This document shows, one piece after another, positions 56,996 to 64,000 of a stretch of DNA of 64,000 nt; within the stretch, counting starts at the first letter, position 1, and every line of letters starts with the position of its first letter. The notes below the pieces were generated by a model. The model was given only the letters and a program-made list of their open reading frames with translations. It made no database searches and was not told the DNA's origin. The translations under genes and the position numbers were made by a program. Location of the stretch: the NCBI GenBank assembly GCA_013387205.1, contig WARV01000005.1, positions 27,924-91,923 of the forward strand, given 5' to 3'. Source of the DNA: Patescibacteria group bacterium. Lineage in GTDB: Bacteria; Patescibacteriota; Doudnabacteria; UBA920.

Positions 56996-57402
56996 ACATT
57001 TTTTTATCTTTCCGTTTTACCGGGGCAGATATGGCGGAGACGGATAAGTTTTTAGGCCAGGTTTGCGAGCAGTTAAGTCAAGCAGGGCATGATCCAATCT
57101 GCACTTTTTGGAAAGAACCGTTTTTCCAGGAAAACAAATACAATTTAAAACAGGTATTCAATTACGCATTTAAAGAACTAGATAAAGCGGATATGCTTTT
57201 GGCTTTGGTTGATAGTCCTGAAAAAAGCACGGGGATGCTTTTAGAGATTGGCTATGCTAAGGCTAAGGGTAAAAAAATAATCATGGCTGTAAAAAAAGGA
57301 GTTAACGCCGGTACCTTGCCCGAATTTGCGGATGAGGTTTTTGAATTTTATAAAGTAGAAGATATTATTAAGGCTATTGAGGAAGTCCTGGTGAGATTAT
57401 AA
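56992..57402 (+). CDS. Nucleoside 2-deoxyribosyltransferase family protein
   Basis: AD..LA.V...STG...EIGYA.A.GK.I; ATGA overlap with the NUDIX gene. Confidence 0.85.
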   Translation: MNIFLSFRFTGADMAETDKFLGQVCEQLSQAGHDPICTFWKEPFFQENKYNLKQVFNYAFKELDKADMLLALVDSPEKSTGMLLEIGYAKAKGKKIIMAVKKGVNAGTLPEFADEVFEFYKVEDIIKAIEEVLVRL

Positions 57403-57451
57403 GGTTTAAGCATTTGCCAAAAGTGCTTTTTGATAAACGTTGCATCGCATC

Positions 57452-57924
57452 ATGTCATTGCGAGGAGTCAAAGGGCTTTGTCTTTGATGACGAAGCAATC
57501 TAAATCTCAAGGTCTATGAGCAAGCAATATTATGTTTATATACTGACTAATTTTACAAATACAGTTTTGTATACTGGCATTACTAACGATTTAGTGCGCC
57601 GCATTTACGAACACAAGAATCATTTAGCTAAAGGATTTACTGATAAATATAATGTGACTAAACTTGTATACTTTGAGAATACCGACAGTGTAGAAAGCGC
57701 GATTGCTAGAGAAAAGCAGATTAAGGCCGGATCAAGGCAAAGGAAAATTGATTTAATTAATTCAAACAATCCTAGCTGGGAAGATTTGTGCAATACAATC
57801 ATATAACGTCATCGCGGGAAGGGGTGCAGTCGACGACAAAGTAACCTCTATTACAAAGGAATGATTGCCACGCAATTTAAGCCAGTCCGCCAGCTGGCGG
57901 ACCTTAAATTGCTCGCAATGACAT
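57452..57924. mobile_element. Family B REP arms enclosing a GIY-YIG gene (candidate autonomous unit)
   Basis: ATGTCATTGCGAG...GCAATCT (57452-57501) and GATTGC...CTCGCAATGACAT (57863-57924) flank the ORF. Confidence 0.7.
57516..57806 (+). CDS. Stand-alone GIY-YIG nuclease
   Basis: YYVYIL...LYTGITNDL.RR..EH...FT.KY...LVY.E...AI.REKQIK...NP.W.DL. Confidence 0.95.
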   Translation: MSKQYYVYILTNFTNTVLYTGITNDLVRRIYEHKNHLAKGFTDKYNVTKLVYFENTDSVESAIAREKQIKAGSRQRKIDLINSNNPSWEDLCNTII

Positions 57925-58033
57925 TGGCTTTATGGTCAAAGAGTATCTTTGGCATTTTTATATTTCCCGTAAAAATGGTATAATTAATGCAAGAATTATT
58001 CAATACTATCCCAAAACGTGAGGGATTAATAGT

Positions 58034-58112
58034 TTGTCATCGCGAGGGAATGCATTTGGTCGCGGCGATCTTTCAATAGATTGCTTCGTCGTATAACTCC
58101 TCGCAATGACAA
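58034..58112. repeat. REP-like element family B (minimal), abutting the hisS RBS
   Basis: TTGTCATCGCGAGG...CCTCGCAATGACAA. Confidence 0.85.
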
Positions 58113-58121
58113 GGAGCCGTA

Positions 58122-59429
58122 ATGAACCAACAAAATAAACTATCTTTAGAATCGTATAAAGGCACTAGGGATTTTTATCCGGAAGACCAATTCGTTCAGA
58201 ATTATATTTTTGGCGTGTGGCGCAAAGTGGCGGAAAAGTACGGATATTTAGAATACAATGCTTCAATTCTGGAAGAGGCGGCTTTGTATAAGGCCAAGAG
58301 CGGGGAAGAAATTGTCAACGAGCAGACTTATACGTTTATTGACCGTGGGGGCAGGGAAGTCACAATCCGCCCGGAAATGACGCCGACTGTGGCCAGGATG
58401 GTCGCGCAAAAACGCAAAGAGCTGGCGTTTCCTTTGCGCTGGTTCAGTATTCCTAATTTGTTTAGATACGAGCGCCCGCAGCGCGGCCGTTTGCGCGAGC
58501 ACTGGCAATTGAACGTGGACATGTTCGGAGTAGAATCTATAGGCGCGGATTTGGAAATTGTTTCCGTGGCTTACGACATTATGAAAGCTTTTGGCGCCAA
58601 AGACGAATCTTTCGCCATAAAAATCAACAGCCGCAAGTTTTTGAATTTCCTAATGGATACTTTTTTAAGGCTTAACGGGCAGCAGGCGCATCAAATATCC
58701 AAACTTTTGGACCGCATGCACAAAATTAGCGGTGAAGATTTTATTGCCCAAGCTAAAGAAATTTTAGGCGACGACAGTAAAGTAGAAGCCTTGGCTACTA
58801 TCACCAGAATTAAAAATTTAGACGAGCTGCCGGAAGAAGTTAAAGCGCACGAATCGGTTGCGGAATTAAAATCTTTCCTGGCCAGAATGGAAACTTTGGG
58901 AATTAAGAACGCTATTTTTGATGTCAGCTTGGTGCGTGGGTTTGATTACTACACCGGCATTGTATTCGAGGTTAATGACACAAGCCCGGCAAACCCGAGG
59001 GCTTTGTTTGGTGGCGGCAGGTATGACGATTTGGTGGGGATTTTCGGCGTGGAAAAAGTGCCTGGGATAGGGTTTGGCATGGGGGATGTGACAATTCGTG
59101 ATTTTTTAGAAACATACAGCCTGCTCCCGTCGTATGAATCTATAGTGGATTTGTATATCTGCAAGTTTGACGAGTCTTTTGCAGGTTTCGCCAGCCAGCT
59201 GGCATCTGATTTGCGCAAAGAGGGCATAAATGCGGCCGTGGATTTAACTGACAAGAAAGTATCGGCGCAGGTAAAAACTGCAGACCGGCAAAAGATCCCG
59301 TTCGTGCTGGTAGTCGGCGAAGAAGAAACAAAAAGCAATAAATTCAAATTAAAGAACCTGTCGGAATCGAAAGAAATTGAAGTCAGCCGGGAAGATTTGG
59401 CAAAAACAATCAAATCTTTGGAATCGTAA
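58122..59429 (+). CDS. hisS: Histidine--tRNA ligase
   Basis: KGTRDF, RPEMT, FRYERPQRGR.REH.Q, LVRGFDYYTG, GGGRYD, GFGMG. Confidence 0.97.
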   Translation: MNQQNKLSLESYKGTRDFYPEDQFVQNYIFGVWRKVAEKYGYLEYNASILEEAALYKAKSGEEIVNEQTYTFIDRGGREVTIRPEMTPTVARMVAQKRKELAFPLRWFSIPNLFRYERPQRGRLREHWQLNVDMFGVESIGADLEIVSVAYDIMKAFGAKDESFAIKINSRKFLNFLMDTFLRLNGQQAHQISKLLDRMHKISGEDFIAQAKEILGDDSKVEALATITRIKNLDELPEEVKAHESVAELKSFLARMETLGIKNAIFDVSLVRGFDYYTGIVFEVNDTSPANPRALFGGGRYDDLVGIFGVEKVPGIGFGMGDVTIRDFLETYSLLPSYESIVDLYICKFDESFAGFASQLASDLRKEGINAAVDLTDKKVSAQVKTADRQKIPFVLVVGEEETKSNKFKLKNLSESKEIEVSREDLAKTIKSLES

Positions 59430-59485
59430 ACTTATGCATTTCTTCACTACTTCGAAGTAGTAAAGTTTTGTCAAAATTTGAAATT

Positions 59486-59911
59486 ATGGATAAAAAAGAG
59501 GTTGTCCTGCAAGTTGGAGTTAAGGTGCTGCTTAAAAACAGCGAAGGGAAATATTTGCTGGTCAGGAGGAATCCGAAAAAATATCCGGAAGTGGGCCCCA
59601 AGTGGGACATTGTCGGCGGCAGGATTGACCCTGGCTCGCCGCTTTTAGATAACCTAAAGCGCGAAGTTAAGGAAGAAACAAATTTGGATTTATCAATAGA
59701 GCCAAAGCTGGTTGCCGCCCAAGATATTTTGCGCGTGGAAGGCCGGCATGTGGTCAGGTTATCATACATAGGCGAAATTGAAGGCAGTCCGCAGCTCGAC
59801 GATGATCATCTGGAATTTAAATGGTTTACGGGGGAAGAAATAAAATCGTTATCCGAAGAGGAATTGGATATTTATTTCAAGGAATTAGCGGATAAGGGCG
59901 TGATGTTATAA
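59486..59911 (+). CDS. NUDIX hydrolase
   Basis: GGRI..G......LKREVKEETNL. Confidence 0.9.
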   Translation: MDKKEVVLQVGVKVLLKNSEGKYLLVRRNPKKYPEVGPKWDIVGGRIDPGSPLLDNLKREVKEETNLDLSIEPKLVAAQDILRVEGRHVVRLSYIGEIEGSPQLDDDHLEFKWFTGEEIKSLSEEELDIYFKELADKGVML

Positions 59912-59999
59912 TTCGAAAACCGCGAAATAGCATGCGAATTATGCGAAAGTATTTTTTTGCGGCATTCGCATAATAATTTGTAGTTTCGCATTATTCCAT

Positions 60000-60572
60000 A
60001 TGGACTATAACCACTCCGAAAATTTCATACTTGGGCTTATTGAAGAAGATGAATGGATGATGGATATTTTGCAAGTCGCAAAAAGTTTTAGCTTGCCCGA
60101 TTGGTGGGTGGCAGCCGGGTTTGTCAGGAATAAGGCTTGGGACCATTTGCACGGATTTAAAAAAAGGACATATGGAGGCGGCATGGATGTTGACGTTATA
60201 TATTTTGACCCGAAAGATTTGTCGGAGACCGCGGAAAAAGAAATGGAATTAAAATTTTATATAGCCAAGCCGGGAATTCCCTGGTCAGTAAAAAACCAGG
60301 CCAGGATGCACGTACAAAACGGAGATGGTCCTTACAAAGATTCAGTTGACGCTATGGCCAAATGGCCGGAAACAGCAACATGCGTGGGGGTTAAAATAGG
60401 AAATGACGGCAAATTGGTTTTGGCGGCCCCGCTTGGCGTTAGTGATGTCGTGAACATGGTTTTGCGGCCAAATCAGAATTGCAAAAGAAATCCGCAAGCT
60501 TTTATATCCCGAATGGAAAAAAAGAATTGGCTAAACAAATGGCCGAAAACAATTATTATTGACAAAAATTAA
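60000..60572 (+). CDS. Nucleotidyltransferase family protein (DUF925-like)
   Basis: AGFVRN..WD, DVDVIYFD, VKNQARMH, WPETAT. Confidence 0.88.
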   Translation: MDYNHSENFILGLIEEDEWMMDILQVAKSFSLPDWWVAAGFVRNKAWDHLHGFKKRTYGGGMDVDVIYFDPKDLSETAEKEMELKFYIAKPGIPWSVKNQARMHVQNGDGPYKDSVDAMAKWPETATCVGVKIGNDGKLVLAAPLGVSDVVNMVLRPNQNCKRNPQAFISRMEKKNWLNKWPKTIIIDKN

Positions 60573-60653
60573 AAAAATGACAAAAGTGACAAAAATAACT
60601 GCAGTATTAATTTTGTCATTTCCGTCGTTTTTGTCATTTATGTCATTTCTTTT

Positions 60654-61349
60654 ATGATCATTGTTGCCCATAGAGGCGCGAGTAAAATTGCCCCGGAAAA
60701 TACCCTGCAAGCTTTCCAAAAAGCCATTGATATTGGCGCTGATATGCTTGAATTCGACGTACGGAAGACCCAAGACGGCGCATTGGTTGTTTTTCACGAT
60801 CCTGACTGTCAGGGCTTGCAAATAAATACCATCACTTTAAAAAAGCTGAAAGAATTGTCTTATGGCTTTATTCCGACTTTGGAAGAAGCGCTTCAGGTTA
60901 CGGCCGGAAAAATAAAACTGGATGTTGAGTTAAAAGAAAAAGGCTGCGCCAAGGAAGCTGTGCCGCTGCTTTTAAAATATTTTTCCGTTAATAATTTTTT
61001 TATCAGTTCTTTTAAAAAGCCAATTTTGGCAGAAGTTTTTAAAGAGAATCCTTCTGTCAGGCTCGGGTGGATCTTGGGCAATGACGGATTCCAAAGCAGG
61101 CTTAAAATCCTTTTTGATATTTTAAAAGTCGTAATCAATCCCAGTACCACTGACCGTTACCAGTATTTAATTGTAAACAAGCATATTTACAACCACCAAA
61201 CATTCAGCTTTTTGCCTTATCAGAAAAAGCAAGTTTTTATTTGGACGGTGGACAATGAAAAAATGATCAATATGATTTGCGGCGATAGCCGCGTAAATGG
61301 CGTAATTACCAATGTTCCGGATTTGGCTTTAAAAATCCGGAATGAATAA
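60654..61349 (+). CDS. Glycerophosphodiester phosphodiesterase
   Basis: AHRGAS..APENTL.AF, E.DV..T.DG..V..HD, ELK, WTVD. Confidence 0.93.
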   Translation: MIIVAHRGASKIAPENTLQAFQKAIDIGADMLEFDVRKTQDGALVVFHDPDCQGLQINTITLKKLKELSYGFIPTLEEALQVTAGKIKLDVELKEKGCAKEAVPLLLKYFSVNNFFISSFKKPILAEVFKENPSVRLGWILGNDGFQSRLKILFDILKVVINPSTTDRYQYLIVNKHIYNHQTFSFLPYQKKQVFIWTVDNEKMINMICGDSRVNGVITNVPDLALKIRNE

Positions 61350-61368
61350 TCTAATAACTAAATTTTAT

Positions 61369-61470
61369 TGCCATTCCCGATCTAGATCGGGAATCTAAAA
61401 CTTTGATTATTATCGACGCATGGATTCCGGATAGCTCTCGGCCTGCGACCTCGTGGCTTCCGGAATGACA
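61369..61470. repeat. REP-like element, GTCATTCC subfamily
   Basis: TGCCATTCCCGATCTAGATCGGGAATCT...GGATTCCGGA...CCGGAATGACA. Confidence 0.7.
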
Positions 61471-61518
61471 AGTGGTGTTAATCTAATTACTAATTACTAT
61501 TCACTAATCACTATAAAA

Positions 61519-61785
61519 ATGACCGAACAAGAATGGAAAGATGTTTTGGCAAGCGAAGGTTTTAGCGATATTTACATTTGGCACGATGATGCTAATGTGG
61601 AATATCCCGACCATCTCCATGAAAAAATTACTGCCCATGTCATTTTAAGCGGCGGCATGGAACTAAATGACCACGGCCATGTAAAAATTTTAAAGGCCGG
61701 AGAAAGGTTTGATATCAAAGCCGGGACAACGCATTCGGCAAAAATCGGACCAGACGGCTGCAGGTATGTAGTGGGAGAAAAATAA
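61519..61785 (+). CDS. Cupin domain protein
   Basis: H.H......IL.G.M...GE...I.AG..H; start ATG 61519. Confidence 0.85.
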   Translation: MTEQEWKDVLASEGFSDIYIWHDDANVEYPDHLHEKITAHVILSGGMELNDHGHVKILKAGERFDIKAGTTHSAKIGPDGCRYVVGEK

Positions 61786-61879
61786 TTTATTATCCACGAA
61801 CACACTAATTATCACGAATATCACTAATATAGCATTAGTGTAATTAGTGTTTATTCGTGAATTAGTGGATGAGTAATAT

Positions 61880-62749
61880 ATGAGCAAAAGAATTACATTT
61901 TTACTAATTTTAATAGCAGCAATTTTAGTCTGGAATTACCGGGATAAAATTATGCATGGCCAGTTTGGCCTGGGTAATTTTAAAAACCAGGCCACTTTCG
62001 ACAATACTATTGTCGAGGCTTTGAAAAAGGAAATTCTGACTTCCGGCCCTTTGCGCAGCAAGACAAATTATCCGAACTCGGTTTTGACTCAAGCGGGGAT
62101 TATCGCGGAGACGAATGTGCAAAGAGGCATGTTTGGCGTATCAATCTTAAAAGAAAACCAAAAGCTCAACGAAGCGGCTGCGCTTAAGGTTAAAGACATG
62201 TTTAGACGGCAGTATTTTGAACATTTGTCCCCGGACGGCAAAGGTCCTTCTGATTTAGCCGGAAACGTTCATTACGATTATATCGCCATTGGAGAAAATT
62301 TGGCTTTGGGAAATTTCAAAGACGATGCTGCATTGCTTGAAGCCTGGATGAACAGCCCGGGGCACAAAGCCAATATTATCAACAGTAAGTTTACGGAGAT
62401 TGGCGTTGCCGTAGGGCAGGGAGAATATGAAGGGAAAACCGTCTGGTTAGCTGTGCAGGAATTCGGCAAGCCAGTGTCAGATTGCCCGGTTGTAGATGTT
62501 GGGTTAAAAGCCAAGCTCGACGGAATAAAGCTGGACACAGGAGAATTAGAGCTTCAAATTAATTTGCTGAAAAAAGAAATAGAGGCAATAAACCCTAAAG
62601 ATTCCCAGCGGCAGGACGAGTATAATGCTAAAGTCTCTGAATATAATAACTTAATCCAGAATTATAACAATAAAGTGGATTCCCTAAAGTTACTGGCAGG
62701 CCAGTATAACCAGCAGGTAAACGCTTTCAACAGGTGTCTTGGGAAATGA
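61880..62749 (+). CDS. CAP (SCP) domain protein with C-terminal coiled coil
   Basis: TN..R, YF.H..P.G, GENLA, WMNSPGH.ANI, EIGV. Confidence 0.92.
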   Translation: MSKRITFLLILIAAILVWNYRDKIMHGQFGLGNFKNQATFDNTIVEALKKEILTSGPLRSKTNYPNSVLTQAGIIAETNVQRGMFGVSILKENQKLNEAAALKVKDMFRRQYFEHLSPDGKGPSDLAGNVHYDYIAIGENLALGNFKDDAALLEAWMNSPGHKANIINSKFTEIGVAVGQGEYEGKTVWLAVQEFGKPVSDCPVVDVGLKAKLDGIKLDTGELELQINLLKKEIEAINPKDSQRQDEYNAKVSEYNNLIQNYNNKVDSLKLLAGQYNQQVNAFNRCLGK

Positions 62750-62752
62750 AAC

Positions 62753-63442
62753 ATGGCATATCGCACAAAGGTTTTAAGTAAAAAATCCATAGCGCCGAAT
62801 GTTGTCGAACTGGCAGTCGAACTTGTCGAGCCGGGGAAAATTGTTTTTACGGCAGGGCAGTTCATGCAGTTTGAAATAGGCACTCAATTAAGATCTTATT
62901 CTATCGTCTCTGCTCCTGGTGACAGGAAGGATTTGTCTTTTTGCATTGAACTTGTTAAAGAAGGTTTGGGCTCTGAGTTTGTCAGAAATTTGAAAGAAGG
63001 CGATTTGATTTCAATGAAAGGGCCGTTCGGCGTTTTTACTTTAAAGGATTTCCAAAAAAGCGCGGCTTTTGTGGCAACTGGAGTCGGGGTGGCTCCGTTC
63101 AAGCCGATGATAGAAGAAGCTTTAAAATACGGCTATAAAAAACCGGTTTTGCTGCTTTTCGGCATAAGGACCCAGGACGATGCAATTTATTTCGAAGACT
63201 TCCATAAACTATCATCAGAATATAAAAATTTTGAATTTATCCCCATCCTGAGCAAGCCAAACGGTAAGGAGTGGAACGGCGAGACTGGCAGGGTGACATT
63301 ATTTTTAGAAACCAATTATGAAAAATACAAGGACCGATTGTTTTATCTTTGCGGCGGAATGCAAATGATAAAGGATGCCAGGGGGGTGCTGCTGGAAAAA
63401 GGACATAGTCCGCTTAATATCAAACTGGAAATTTTTTCCTGA
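62753..63442 (+). CDS. FAD/NAD(P)-binding oxidoreductase (FNR family)
   Basis: F.AGQF, RSYSI.S, G.GS, GPFG.F, ATG.G.APF, YLCG. Confidence 0.92.
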   Translation: MAYRTKVLSKKSIAPNVVELAVELVEPGKIVFTAGQFMQFEIGTQLRSYSIVSAPGDRKDLSFCIELVKEGLGSEFVRNLKEGDLISMKGPFGVFTLKDFQKSAAFVATGVGVAPFKPMIEEALKYGYKKPVLLLFGIRTQDDAIYFEDFHKLSSEYKNFEFIPILSKPNGKEWNGETGRVTLFLETNYEKYKDRLFYLCGGMQMIKDARGVLLEKGHSPLNIKLEIFS

Positions 63443-63546
63443 AATAAGCGTCTTATTAAGCAGGTTGTCCTTTTTAAGGCAAAAAATACCCCATATCCCC
63501 AGCATATTTATGGTATAATAACTATAGAATTAAATTTAAAAAATTT

Positions 63547-64000
63547 ATGGCAAAAAAATTTTTTGTTTTGAGTTTGTTCGCTTGTTTGTGTGTGTTTTCC
63601 ACGGCCAAAGCCGCGGAATTCATTGCCGCGCCAAAAGGCCAACCAAATATAACCTTGGGCGCGTCCGAAACGCATAAAAACCTTTACGCGGCAGGAGGCA
63701 GCGTTAATGTAAACAGCGCTACGCTGGGTGACTTATACGTTGCCGGCGGAACCATTAATGCCGACGGTCCGGTTGAGCAGGACTCCAGCATTGCCGGCGG
63801 AACCGTAACAACTAGCGGCACAATTGGCGGCGACTTGAGAATTGGCGGCGGCAATATAACCGTTAACAGCGCGGTTGGCGGCGACGTTTTGGTGGGCGGC
63901 GGCAATATTACCATTTCTGATAAATCAAACGTTGGCGGTGATTTGGTAATTGGCGGAGGAAATGTGGTTGTTGATGCTCCTGTCAAAGGCAATGTAAAAA
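63547..64000 (+). CDS. Secreted beta-helix (polymer-forming cytoskeletal/bactofilin-like) protein, runs off window end
   Basis: ATG 63547, signal peptide MAKKFFVLSLF..., repeated DL..AGG.V.V...V.G units. Confidence 0.8.
   Translation, partial: MAKKFFVLSLFACLCVFSTAKAAEFIAAPKGQPNITLGASETHKNLYAAGGSVNVNSATLGDLYVAGGTINADGPVEQDSSIAGGTVTTSGTIGGDLRIGGGNITVNSAVGGDVLVGGGNITISDKSNVGGDLVIGGGNVVVDAPVKGNVK

Noticed and set aside
63684-63992. Pro-rich minus-strand ORF
   Set aside because: Antisense shadow of the GGC-rich plus-strand gene starting at 63547.
1-64000. CRISPR array or cas genes
   Set aside because: No regularly spaced identical repeats with unique spacers; repeats are dispersed palindromes; no cas motifs recognised.

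Overview
Chromosomal segment of what is most likely a CPR/Patescibacteria-type bacterium. This is inferred from the truncated mraZ-rsmH-ftsL-ftsI cluster, type IV pilin, salvage enzymes and mostly SD-less starts. The backbone carries add, msrA, queH, radC, a PIF1-like helicase, an ECF sigma/anti-sigma pair, pfkB, pcm, hisS, tRNA-Gln(TTG) and tRNA-Gly(CCC). A ~20 kb island lies downstream of tRNA-Gln (~28.7-49.1 kb). Its core is a large serine recombinase plus a capsid-less packaging-type module (ParB-MTase, MTase, TerS, TerL). Its cargo is mostly defence: Hachiman, a BamHI-like R-M pair bracketed by 53-bp direct repeats, two HEPN proteins, a SIR2-like protein and a UDG-like protein. The island control region contains a 78-nt C4/CI-like cloverleaf RNA whose unpaired segment is complementary to two targets, one covering a ribosome-binding site. 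Intergenic DNA is densely colonised by palindromic repeat families: a 164-206 bp covarying hairpin element just upstream of start codons, a GTCATTGCGAG...CTCGCAATGAC family with one copy enclosing a GIY-YIG nuclease gene, 9-mer-periodic palindromes and 7-mer tandem arrays. A leader-peptide attenuator precedes an unannotated small zinc-ribbon gene. All calls were made by eye from motifs; no searches were run.
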